Origin: Deltaproteobacteria bacterium
GTDB taxonomy: Bacteria > Desulfobacterota > Desulfarculia > JACQYL01
Length of the DNA stretch: 64,000 nt
NCBI GenBank assembly: GCA_016208165.1
Contig: JACQYL010000001.1
Span: forward strand, 8,099-72,098
Direction of reading: 5' to 3'
Position 1 is the first letter of the stretch, and each line of letters starts with the position of its first letter. The position numbers and the translations under genes are program-made. Shown in pieces: positions 9,982 through 18,369 of this stretch. A model generated the notes under the pieces. The model searched no databases. It was not told where the DNA came from and saw nothing but the letters and a program-made list of their open reading frames with translations.

Positions 9982-10446
9982 ATGATCAGTGATCTGGAAA
10001 AGACCGTTCTATCGGAAATACAGGGCGACTTACCCGTCGAGCCCAGACCGTTTCTGACCATTGCCCGCAAATTGAACCTTACCGAAGAACAGGTGTTGGC
10101 GTGCATCCGTGAGCTGACGGAAAAGGGAGTGATCCGTCGGTTTGGAGTGACCATTCGGCATCAGGTTTCGGGATTCGAAGCCAACGCCATGGCCGCATTC
10201 AAAGTGGAAGACGAGAGAACGGATGAAGTGGGCGCCCTCATCAGCGAGTATCCCCAGGTTACGCACTGTTACCGGCGTACGCCCATGGGTGGGTGGCCAT
10301 ACAATCTGTTCGCCATGATTCACGGCGGCTCTCGGGAAGAATGCGAGCGTGTTGCCGGTGAAATAGCAAAGCGAGCAGGTATTCATCAATATCGGCTGTT
10401 GTACAGCGATGAAGAGCACAAGAAGACCAGCATGAGGTATTTTTAG
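9982..10446 (+). CDS. Lrp/AsnC-like siroheme decarboxylase subunit (AhbA/AhbB, NirD/L/G/H family) of alternative heme biosynthesis
   Basis: Reads MISDLEKTVLSEIQGDLPVEPRPFLTIARKLNLTEEQVLACIRELTEKGVIRRFG, typical AhbA/B/NirDL. It sits 2 bp upstream of hemL. The start is taken at internal ATG 9982; the ORF-track N-extension overlaps the upstream gene. Confidence 0.7.
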   Translation: MISDLEKTVLSEIQGDLPVEPRPFLTIARKLNLTEEQVLACIRELTEKGVIRRFGVTIRHQVSGFEANAMAAFKVEDERTDEVGALISEYPQVTHCYRRTPMGGWPYNLFAMIHGGSREECERVAGEIAKRAGIHQYRLLYSDEEHKKTSMRYF

Positions 10447-10448
10447 CC

Positions 10449-11735
10449 ATGGACTCGACCGTGTCGTCTCGATTGTATGAACATGCGCTTCGGATCATAC
10501 CCGGCGGGGTGAATTCCCCGGTGAGAGCCTGTCGGTCCGTGGGACGCGATCCGTTGTTTATACGAAGAGCCAAAGGCTCGAAAATCTACGATGCCGACGG
10601 AAGGGAATATCTGGACTTTGTGGCTTCCTGGGGGCCTATGGTCCTGGGGCACGCGGATGATCGAGTGGTAGCCGCCATCAAGGACGCCGCCGTGAACGGA
10701 ACGAGCTTCGGCGCTCCCACCGAGCTGGAAGTGAAGATGGCCCAAACCATTGTCGATGCGGTGCCCTCCGTGGAGATGGTTCGCATGGTGAATTCCGGAA
10801 CGGAAGCCACCATGAGCGCCATACGATTGGCTCGAGGATATACGGGGCGCGATCTGGTGGTCAAATTCGACGGCTGCTACCACGGTCATGCGGATGGGCT
10901 TCTGGTCAAAGCCGGTTCGGGTCTGGCGACGTTCGGGATACCCGGTAGTCCCGGAGTTCCCGACGATGTCTGCAAAAACACGCTTTCTCTGCCCTACAAC
11001 GACACAGCCGCCTTCGAAGCGTGCATGCGACAAGCCGGGGCGCGGATTGCGGCCGTCATTGTCGAGCCCATTGCAGGAAACATGGGCGTTGTACCTCCTG
11101 CGGACGGCTTCCTGGAAACGCTGCGCCGCCATACTCGGGAAACGGGCGCGCTGCTGATTTTCGATGAAGTGATCACCGGATTCAGGGTCGGATGGGGCGG
11201 GGCCCAGGAGCGCTTCGGTATCCGTCCCGATTTGACATGCCTGGGCAAGATCATCGGCGGAGGGCTGCCGGTCGGCGCCTTCGGGGGTCGCCAAGAGATC
11301 ATGCGTCGCATGGCGCCCGAGGGGGACATCTATCAAGCGGGTACTCTTTCCGGAAATCCGTTGGCCATGGCGGCCGGTCTGGCCACTCTGGACGTTCTGA
11401 TGGGTGCGGATGTGTATGAAACGCTGGATAGAAAGAGCACCCTGTTTTGGAACGGAATGAAGGAGTGCGTGAAAGAGGCGGGCATTCCCGCTGTTGTGAA
11501 CGCCGTGGGATCCATGGGCGCGCTCTTCTTTACCAGTGATCCTGTAACCGACTTCGTCGGCGCCATGCGTAGCGATAGGGAACGGTTTGCGCGTTACTAC
11601 AGCCTCATGTTGGACCGAGGGGTGTATTTGGCGCCGTCCGCTTACGAGGCCTCGTTTATCTCGATGGCTCACTGCGAATCGGACTTGGAAAGAGCGTGGG
11701 ATGCGTTTCGGGATTCCTTACGGCGACTAAGTTAA
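10449..11735 (+). CDS. hemL: glutamate-1-semialdehyde 2,1-aminomutase
   Basis: 428 aa. Contains GGVNSPVRA, class-III aminotransferase motifs and the PLP Lys region (LTCLGKIIGGGLPVGAFGG). Full-length HemL. Confidence 0.95.
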   Translation: MDSTVSSRLYEHALRIIPGGVNSPVRACRSVGRDPLFIRRAKGSKIYDADGREYLDFVASWGPMVLGHADDRVVAAIKDAAVNGTSFGAPTELEVKMAQTIVDAVPSVEMVRMVNSGTEATMSAIRLARGYTGRDLVVKFDGCYHGHADGLLVKAGSGLATFGIPGSPGVPDDVCKNTLSLPYNDTAAFEACMRQAGARIAAVIVEPIAGNMGVVPPADGFLETLRRHTRETGALLIFDEVITGFRVGWGGAQERFGIRPDLTCLGKIIGGGLPVGAFGGRQEIMRRMAPEGDIYQAGTLSGNPLAMAAGLATLDVLMGADVYETLDRKSTLFWNGMKECVKEAGIPAVVNAVGSMGALFFTSDPVTDFVGAMRSDRERFARYYSLMLDRGVYLAPSAYEASFISMAHCESDLERAWDAFRDSLRRLS

Positions 11736-11753
11736 ATAAAACAAAAAAAGAGG

Positions 11754-11782
11754 TTGACACCTCTGAAAAGGCCGTGATAGAA
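11754..11782 (+). promoter_or_regulatory. possible sigma-70-type promoter for the atp operon (TTGACA -35, TAGAAC/ATAGAA -10 with 17-18 bp spacer)
   Basis: A TTGACA hexamer lies at 11754-11759 in the hemL-atpZ intergenic region, with a -10-like element 17-18 bp downstream. This is pattern match only. Confidence 0.3.
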
Positions 11783-11810
11783 CTCGAAAGCTCTTAATAT
11801 CGCCGGACCG

Positions 11811-12101
11811 ATGGGGGCGCGAATGGCCTTCTTTAAGGGACAGCGGCCGGAGTATATCAGGCTATTGGCCATGGCCAGCTCCATGGGAATTTCAATCGTT
11901 CTGGCCACGGTCATCGGTCTGGGCGTCGGGTATTACCTGGATAACCACGTATTTGGCACATCACCGTGGCTCACGCTGATTTTCCTTATATTGGGAATCA
12001 TAGCGGGCTTCAGAAACATTTACATTATTGGAAAACGAGCACAGGAGAGAGAAAACAAACTCGACAAACGAAACTCGACAGGTACGGCGTCTAAAGATTA
12101 A
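11811..12101 (+). CDS. AtpZ-like small membrane protein (putative F0F1-ATPase-associated subunit)
   Basis: 96 aa with two predicted TM helices, first gene of the atp F0 cluster. Size and position match AtpZ/AtpI-associated proteins. Confidence 0.55.
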   Translation: MGARMAFFKGQRPEYIRLLAMASSMGISIVLATVIGLGVGYYLDNHVFGTSPWLTLIFLILGIIAGFRNIYIIGKRAQERENKLDKRNSTGTASKD

Positions 12102-12450
12102 CAACGGTATTGTCTTGGCGCTGCTCGTTGCGGGATCCGGGCCGGTCGTGGGTACGCGCTTCTCTTTGAGCGTTCTCTGTGGAGGACTCCTGGCCATGGC
12201 GAACTTCCATGTACTGTATGGCACGCTGCGGAGAGCGTTCATCTCGACCGCATCGGCATCCGGCGCCTCCGTGGTCGTAGTGTTCAAATACTACATCCGA
12301 TTGATTCTCACGGGAATCGCGATCTTCCTCCTGCTGAAGTTTGGAAACATTAACCCTGTGGGCTTGTTGTTGGGGCTTTCGACCGTAGTCATCAACTTGG
12401 TTCTGTTCGGATTTTTCGAGTTTTACAAGAATTACATCAAGGAGGCTTGA
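12028..12450 (+). CDS. atpI: ATP synthase protein I (AtpI); start uncertain (the ORF overlaps atpZ by 74 nt, so the true start may be a downstream alternative codon)
   Basis: Four hydrophobic helices (NGIVLALLVAGSG, LSVLCGGLLAMANF, IRLILTGIAIFLLL, VGLLLGLSTVVINLVLFGFF). It ends 4 bp inside the atpB start. Confidence 0.6.
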   Translation: MENEHRREKTNSTNETRQVRRLKINNGIVLALLVAGSGPVVGTRFSLSVLCGGLLAMANFHVLYGTLRRAFISTASASGASVVVVFKYYIRLILTGIAIFLLLKFGNINPVGLLLGLSTVVINLVLFGFFEFYKNYIKEA

Positions 12451-13145
12451 GCCAGATGGAACACCCGTTTCTGTTTTTATCGAAGCTCTTCGAGTTGATA
12501 GGGCTTGGCTCGTTTGCACACCACTACCCCCACGTTGTCTATTCCTGGTTCATCATGCTGTTCCTGATTGTTGTTGGAAAGCTCTGCGCCGGCGCAGTGA
12601 AAATGATCCCTTCGGGCGGCCAGAATTTTTTTGAAATGGTTATTTCAGGAATCGAAGATTTTCAGATTTCCATCATGGGTGAAGAAGGACGCCCGTTCTT
12701 TCCTTTGATTGCCACACTGGGTCTCTATATCTTGTGCTGCAACTGGATCGGTCTGATCCCGGGCATGTTGTCACCCACCGCAAACATCAACACGCCTCTC
12801 TCGTGCGCACTCGTGGTTTTTGTGGTCACTCATGCGGTGGGGCTTAAAGAGCACGGGCCCAAATACATCAAACACTTCACGGGTCCCATCTGGTGGATGG
12901 TTCCTCTCATGCTTCCCATCGAACTCATCGGACATCTCAGCCGCGTGCTTTCCCTGACCTTCCGTCTCTTCGGAAACATCATGGGCGAGGACTTGGTTTT
13001 GGCCATTCTGTTGTTTCTGGCCGGGAAGTTTCTGGCGCCGGTTCCCATGATGTTCCTGGCCATTTTCACCAGCTTCGTGCAGGCGTTTATTTTCTCGTTG
13101 CTGACCATGATGTACATTGCGGGTTCTCTGGAAGAGTCGCATTGA
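12447..13145 (+). CDS. atpB: F0F1 ATP synthase subunit a
   Basis: Carries the subunit-a hallmark LSLTFRLFGNIMGE with the essential Arg, and a multi-TM profile. Confidence 0.9.
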   Translation: MSQMEHPFLFLSKLFELIGLGSFAHHYPHVVYSWFIMLFLIVVGKLCAGAVKMIPSGGQNFFEMVISGIEDFQISIMGEEGRPFFPLIATLGLYILCCNWIGLIPGMLSPTANINTPLSCALVVFVVTHAVGLKEHGPKYIKHFTGPIWWMVPLMLPIELIGHLSRVLSLTFRLFGNIMGEDLVLAILLFLAGKFLAPVPMMFLAIFTSFVQAFIFSLLTMMYIAGSLEESH

Positions 13146-13224
13146 TTGAATCTGAATCGTTGGCTGTGCCAGCCTTTGTGGAAGAAGGCGAAACATATAA
13201 TATCTTAGGAGCTAGGAGGAAGAA

Positions 13225-13602
13225 ATGAACAGGAGAACTTTCCGTCTGACCATGCTGAGTACGTTTTTTGTGTTGGGCATGGCGACATTGGCGTTCGCCG
13301 AAGTCGATCCCACGGTAGCAGCCTCGGGCATGAAGCTGTTCGCAGCCGTTGTTACGGCGGCCGGTTTTGGAATTGGTATTGCCGCTTTTGGAACGGGCAT
13401 CGGCCAAGGTATCGCCATCAAGGGCGCGGTCGAGGGAACGGCCCGCAACCCGGAGGCTTCCGGTAAGATTACGGTGACCATGCTGATCGGTCTGGCCATG
13501 GTCGAGTCTCTGTGTATCTACGCGCTCGTCGTGGCCCTGATTCTGTTGTACGCCTATCCTATGGCGGCGCCGGTGGCCAAGATGATCGGCCTGCCCTTGT
13601 AA
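13225..13602 (+). CDS. atpE: F0F1 ATP synthase subunit c with N-terminal signal-peptide-like extension
   Basis: The C-terminal 85 aa form a canonical c-subunit hairpin ([25 protein letters not shown]...[24 protein letters not shown]). The N-terminal ~30 aa ([25 protein letters not shown]) resemble a cleavable leader. AGGAGG lies 8 nt upstream. Confidence 0.85.
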   Translation: MNRRTFRLTMLSTFFVLGMATLAFAEVDPTVAASGMKLFAAVVTAAGFGIGIAAFGTGIGQGIAIKGAVEGTARNPEASGKITVTMLIGLAMVESLCIYALVVALILLYAYPMAAPVAKMIGLPL

Positions 13603-13620
13603 ACTGGAAGAACTGCCCAC

Positions 13621-13651
13621 GGGGTTGTTTCAGGGTAACAACCCCGTTTTT
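13621..13651 (+). terminator. Rho-independent terminator after atpE (GGGGTTGTT-tcagggt-AACAACCCC followed by GTTTTT)
   Basis: A perfect 9-bp GC-rich inverted repeat with a 7-nt loop and T-tract lies 19 nt after the atpE stop. Confidence 0.7.
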
Positions 13652-13661
13652 GCCCCACTCT

Positions 13662-13679
13662 ATGTGTTTTCTTTCACAA
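13662..13679 (+). promoter_or_regulatory. candidate Rex operator (ATGTGTTTTCTTTCACAA; TGTG-N8-CACA dyad) 19 nt upstream of rex
   Basis: Matches the Rex consensus TTGTGAA-N4-TTCACAA in dyad spacing, with a perfect right half-site (TTCACAA). The position suggests autoregulation. Confidence 0.5.
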
Positions 13680-13697
13680 CACCGGCGGAGAATCTGA

Positions 13698-14330
13698 ATG
13701 AAATACGCGAAAATACCTGGAGCCACGATCACGCGTCTCTCCATGTACTCTCGTGTACTCGAGCGTATCGCACAAGAGGACGTACGGATTGTCTCTTCAG
13801 AGCGGCTGGCCACGCTGTGTGAAGTGAATCCGGCCCAGATCAGGAAAGACTTGTCCTACTTCGGCGAATTCGGGGTCCGGGGAGTGGGTTATTACGTGAA
13901 AGAGCTGCTTTTCGAAATAAAACGCATTCTTGGGCTGAACCGGGAATGGAAAATGGGCATCGTCGGGGTAGGGAACCTCGGTCTTGCTCTGCTGTCCCAC
14001 GAAAACTTCTCCAGACAGGGCTACATCTTTATGGCGGCGTTTGACAACGACCCCCAGAAGATTTCGAAAAAGCTGCCGAACGGCCTGGTCATTCACCATG
14101 TCAACGAGCTTTCACTGGTCGCCAAGGACACGGGCCTCGAGATCGGAGTGATCGCCACTCCCGCCAACTGGGCTCAGGATATTGCCAACCGCTTCATCAA
14201 AGCCAATGTGCCCGCCATCCTGAACTTTGCGCCTACCCAAATTCACGTTCCTGAAGGTTTCCAGGTGGAAAACGTCGACTTCACGGTCAAGCTCGACAAC
14301 CTGGCCTATCATCTTTCTTCCAAGGGCTGA
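13698..14330 (+). CDS. rex: redox-sensing transcriptional repressor Rex
   Basis: An N-terminal winged helix (ATITRLSMYSRVLERI) plus a Rossmann NAD(H)-binding motif (GIVGVGNLGLALL). Length 210 aa, typical of Rex. Confidence 0.9.
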   Translation: MKYAKIPGATITRLSMYSRVLERIAQEDVRIVSSERLATLCEVNPAQIRKDLSYFGEFGVRGVGYYVKELLFEIKRILGLNREWKMGIVGVGNLGLALLSHENFSRQGYIFMAAFDNDPQKISKKLPNGLVIHHVNELSLVAKDTGLEIGVIATPANWAQDIANRFIKANVPAILNFAPTQIHVPEGFQVENVDFTVKLDNLAYHLSSKG

Positions 14331-14620
14331 TACGGTCCCTGGACACCGGCGGACGCCACCCGTTCCATCGGCGCTCTCCTGCCCGGAATTCCGTATAAAA
14401 AAGAAACAGTTCATTCCGGCGGCCGTATAAGAATTACGCGGTTCCCCAAGCGGCGGTTTACGTCAAGAGGTCGGACAAGCCCAAACTTGTCTTGTAATAT
14501 CAGACTGTTTCCTCATATCTTGAGTTCGGTCATACTCCTGGCACAAACAATGCTTATATTTCATTATAAGAAGGTGTCATAAGACATGACATCATAAACC
14601 CAAACTCAGGGAGATGCGAA

Positions 14621-15112
14621 ATGAAAAGAAGAATACAATGGGGAACCTTAGGATTGATCATGGGCTTCCTATCCATGTTAAGCGTACCGGTGTATGCGGG
14701 TTTCGGACACGGGCCCATTCACACGCGTGGTCCCATGTACGGTGACATCGCCGATTTCGAACTCGTGACCTTCAATGCGACGGTGGATTACGTTCAACCT
14801 CCTGTCATGGTAGTCACCGACGAGCAGACCGTACAGTGGACGATCTATGCGGGCAACGTGCTTTACTGGCAGGATCGGGGCTATGATATGGAAGTGGGTG
14901 ACTCCATAACCGTCACCGGCGCCAGCCTCATGTACGGTACGGGCGTTGGTGGAGGAGGCGGAATGCACGGTGGAGGCGGATTCCCATCGGATGGAGCCTC
15001 ATCCCACTTTGTGGTGTTTTCCATTGATGATCATACGACGGGCCAGAGTATGCAGTTCAGGAATCCGGATACGGGCGCTCCTATGTGGGGCCATTTCGGT
15101 CCGCAACAATAA
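14621..15112 (+). CDS. secreted hypothetical protein with signal peptide and Gly-rich segment
   Basis: N-terminal signal peptide (MKRRIQWGTLGLIMGFLSMLSVPVYA), a GGGGGMHGGGG tract and no recognisable domain. AGGGAG lies upstream of the ATG. Confidence 0.5.
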   Translation: MKRRIQWGTLGLIMGFLSMLSVPVYAGFGHGPIHTRGPMYGDIADFELVTFNATVDYVQPPVMVVTDEQTVQWTIYAGNVLYWQDRGYDMEVGDSITVTGASLMYGTGVGGGGGMHGGGGFPSDGASSHFVVFSIDDHTTGQSMQFRNPDTGAPMWGHFGPQQ

Positions 15113-15202
15113 GCCGTGTTTTCGGGGAAGAGGAATATCTTCCCCGAATCTTCCCCGACCAACGCCCTACGGCTCCCATGAGGGCAAACCCGGAGGAACA
15201 GC

Positions 15203-15448
15203 ATGAACGCGAAGAAGTTGTATACTCCAAGAGACCCGGTGTGCGGGAGGGATGTCTTCGGAGTGTATCCAACGGCAATCTACGAGGGTAAAATGTACTT
15301 TTTCTGCAGTGAGGCCTGCGAAAAACGCTTTTCAACAGACCCCGAAAGTTTTGTAAGGAGAAAAGGCGTGTTTCGTCGCTTCATGGATCGTTTGGCGGAG
15401 AAAAACGCCGAAAATCCGCCGAAGTGCGGATGCGATTGTTGTCACTGA
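15203..15448 (+). CDS. YHS/TRASH-type metal-binding domain protein with Cys-rich C-terminus
   Basis: Reads DPVCGRDV...YFFCSEACEKRF, a YHS-like metal-binding motif. The C-terminus is CGCDCCH. 81 aa. Confidence 0.6.
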   Translation: MNAKKLYTPRDPVCGRDVFGVYPTAIYEGKMYFFCSEACEKRFSTDPESFVRRKGVFRRFMDRLAEKNAENPPKCGCDCCH

Positions 15449-15778
15449 TCCTGTTCTATGGTATCTTACAAAAGTGGCCCTCCCTCAGAGGGCTACTGAC
15501 TGCTTTGAGGCGCCTTTAAATGGCGGATTCCTTCCCTATGGAGCGGCTCACAATTCTCCTCCACGGAATCCCTGAGGTTTCAGGTCTCTGAATATCGATT
15601 GAGCCGCACTGAATGAATTCTCCATCCCTCATCCCGGCGCCTCCCGGAAACCGTATGGGGTTTCCGACTCCACACAAAAGGCTTGAGAAATCGAGGCCTT
15701 GCTTCTTGTTGTAAGAATCGGCATTCAAGCTCGAAGATAAGCCGGCTTTCGGCCGGCGGTCTAATACCGGAACCGACG

Positions 15779-16349
15779 ATGGGCATAGGCACCAAGAAAG
15801 GCGACACGGGTCGCACGGGCCTTCTGAGAGGAGAAAGGGTTCCCAAGTACCATTTGGCCATCGAGTTGGGAGGAATCCTCGACGAAGCCAACTCGTTGTT
15901 AGGCTTGGCGAGGGCCTCTTTTCCCGAGAAGAAAGTCAAGCGGATCCTGCTCCAAGTTCAGAAAGGAGTTTGAAGAGGCGCTGTCTCTTCCTCCGGGCTT
16001 TGTGGCGTTCGGTCAGGATGAGACGCCATCCCATATGGATGTCGCCAGAACGGGTATTCGAAAATTAGAGCGCGCTGTCGTAAAGATGAAAGACGAGGAG
16101 ATGATTGAGAACTCCAATATTCTCAAATACCTCAATCGACTTTCTGATCTGCTGTTGCTACTTGCCGCCTTCGAAGAGAAGGACAGCGAGGAGAGGCGGA
16201 AAATCAAGGACACCTATTTTTCATCCCGATTGTTCGAGCCCGCTTTTCGTAAATTGTTTATAGTAGCAGGTTCCATCATTGGAGTATTAATAATTTCGAT
16301 TATTCTCATTCTCCTTTTTCACAAGCCTGAACAGGAGCTTTCTCATTAG
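15779..16349 (+). pseudogene. PduO-type ATP:cob(I)alamin adenosyltransferase, disrupted (stop at 15973, frameshift to the frame of ORF 16002-16349, ~20 codons apparently missing)
   Basis: The N-terminal part reads MGIGTKKGDTGRTGLLRGERVPKYHLAIELGGILDEANSLLGLA, the PduO/MMAB signature. The C-terminal part (EFEEALSLPPGFVAFGQDETPSHMDVARTGIRKLERAVV...YLNRLSDLLLLLA) continues in the +2 frame after an in-frame TGA. Confidence 0.6.
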
Positions 16350-16409
16350 CAAATGATGGAACACATGCAACAAATGAATGATATTCAAGGACCAAGTCAA
16401 GATTGACTT

Positions 16410-17027
16410 TTGGGCGGTGAAGTCATGAGCAAGGGATCGAAAACAAAGGTCCTGTACACCTTCCTGGGAATGATTGGCGGCTTTGTACTTCTTCACCCTT
16501 ACACGATGATGGTGTACGCGCTGATGCATGTCCGCCGAGGTGCAGCCGGTGTGCATCCGGAATGGGGCGGGATCACTCTTCGGAGCCTCGTGGCCCTCAA
16601 GTCCACGATGTTGCCCATGGCATCCGCGTTCGTGATCTTTGGTGGGTTGATCGGCCTGTTGGTCGCCCTCGTTTTTGAAAGGAAAAGGAAAATGCTTCTG
16701 CTGGAAGTCGAAAATAATAAGAACAAGATTGCCATCCAAACGCTCAAGGAGGTGACGGTTACGATAGCGCACCATCTTTTGAACGCCAACATGATTATCG
16801 GAGGGAAGGTCAGGCAATGCCGCAGGCTGACCTCCGATCAAGAGATCCTTAAGGTCCTCGCGGATATGGAGGAGCAGGGACGGAAGATCGATTCGACCAT
16901 CAAGTCGTTGCGCGAAGTCACCGAAGTGAAGATCATGGATTACACCACGAGCGGTGCGGTGAAGATGATTGATATCGATGATGAGATTAAGGAGCGGATG
17001 GTTCAATCAGGGAAGCAGGTCGATTGA
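16410..17027 (+). CDS. hypothetical membrane protein (2 TM helices plus cytoplasmic C-terminal domain)
   Basis: Two hydrophobic helices (VLYTFLGMIGGFVLL, MASAFVIFGGLIGLLVALVF) followed by a charged soluble domain. No recognisable motif. Confidence 0.5.
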   Translation: MGGEVMSKGSKTKVLYTFLGMIGGFVLLHPYTMMVYALMHVRRGAAGVHPEWGGITLRSLVALKSTMLPMASAFVIFGGLIGLLVALVFERKRKMLLLEVENNKNKIAIQTLKEVTVTIAHHLLNANMIIGGKVRQCRRLTSDQEILKVLADMEEQGRKIDSTIKSLREVTEVKIMDYTTSGAVKMIDIDDEIKERMVQSGKQVD

Positions 17028-17184
17028 CGATGTCCCGGCTTGTTTCTTCTTTGAGAGGACCGGGCCGTCACAATGTTTTTTATGTGCGACTTTGCAAAAG
17101 AGAAGATATGACACGGATGTCAAGTCCCGCGTGTTACCGGATTCTTCGTTCGGATGAGCCGCGGACTGTCACGAGGTCGGGAAC

Positions 17185-18243
17185 ATGACGAAGATACCGC
17201 CCGGAACCAAACGGATGTTGCTGGGCATACTTGTATTGGGGATAACCGGTCTCCATTACGGTACGGATATCGCATTGTCCCACCATCATATCTTCTATCG
17301 TGAACTGTACTATCTTCCTCTGGTCCTGGCGGCTTTCTGGTTCGGCGTACGAGGCGCCCTGATCACTTCGTCCATCATCGCTCTTCTGTATCTTCCGTTC
17401 ATTTGGATGAGTTGGGAAGGCTTTTCCGTCCAAGATTTCCACGCGCTGATCGGAATAGCGCTTTACTATGTTATGGCTCTTCTCGTGGGCATACTGAGAG
17501 ATCGAGAACAGGCCAAGCACAAGCGTCTCGTGGAAGCTGAGAGCCTGGCGGCCATCGGAAAGGCGCTTTCCAGCGTTGCTCACGATTTCAAGACCCCGCT
17601 CATTGCTATAGGAGGCTTTGCCAGGTGGGTCCAGAAAAGGATGAGAAACGATGACGCCTGCTACGACAAGCTCGATATCGTTATTGGAGAAGCCCGGCGA
17701 CTGGAGAATATGGTGAATGAGATGCTGGACTTCTCGAGGCCTTTGCAGTTGAGTCGATCCACAACAGACCTATCGGATATTGTAAAAAAAATAGTAACCA
17801 TATGTCTTGAAGCGGATGGCAAGCGAAGGGTGAAGATTGACATCGAATGTGCGAAAGATCTGCCCACCCTGTTCCTGGACCAAATGAGAATGGAGCAAGC
17901 ACTGATTAATTTAATGTGGAACGCCGTACAAGTTACGCCCGAGGAGGAGACGGTGACCATAAAGACCTCCTCGAGCAGCGGCTACGTAAGGATAGAAGTT
18001 AGGGATTCCGGTTGTGGGATACCCCCTGATCTCCGAGAGAAAGTCTTCTCTCCTTTCTTCACAACCAAAAAGGATGGGACCGGATTAGGGCTTCCTATCG
18101 CCAAAAAGATCATCGAAGCTCACGGAGGAAGGCTGGAAATGAACGATAATCCGGGAAAAGGAACCGTGTTTACGGCTTCTTTGCCTATCCAGACTCCGCA
18201 CGATAGAGCGTGTCGAGAAAATAGTAAGGACTCTGATTTGTGA
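17185..18243 (+). CDS. sensor histidine kinase with N-terminal 3-TM sensory membrane module (DUF4118-like)
   Basis: Membrane module YRELYYLPLVLAAFWFGVRGALITS. H-box LSSVAHDFKTPLIAIGGF. ATPase boxes (LMWNAVQV, DSGCGIP, GTGLGLPIAKKIIEAHGG). Confidence 0.85.
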   Translation: MTKIPPGTKRMLLGILVLGITGLHYGTDIALSHHHIFYRELYYLPLVLAAFWFGVRGALITSSIIALLYLPFIWMSWEGFSVQDFHALIGIALYYVMALLVGILRDREQAKHKRLVEAESLAAIGKALSSVAHDFKTPLIAIGGFARWVQKRMRNDDACYDKLDIVIGEARRLENMVNEMLDFSRPLQLSRSTTDLSDIVKKIVTICLEADGKRRVKIDIECAKDLPTLFLDQMRMEQALINLMWNAVQVTPEEETVTIKTSSSSGYVRIEVRDSGCGIPPDLREKVFSPFFTTKKDGTGLGLPIAKKIIEAHGGRLEMNDNPGKGTVFTASLPIQTPHDRACRENSKDSDL

Positions 18244-18369
18244 GACGGAATGTTGGACGCCGATATTGAACTGGTCTTTCTGACACGGGTAGCATTGTCT
18301 TGGGGGGGATAATTACAAGTTAATAGGGCCATACGTCTTTGCCAACCTATTCCATGGGAGATCGTATAT

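Noticed and set aside
10443-11672. 409-aa minus-strand ORF
   Set aside because: Antisense to hemL.
16287-17006. 239-aa minus-strand ORF
   Set aside because: Overlaps the PduO C-terminal fragment and the membrane-protein gene. Low-complexity sequence with no motifs.
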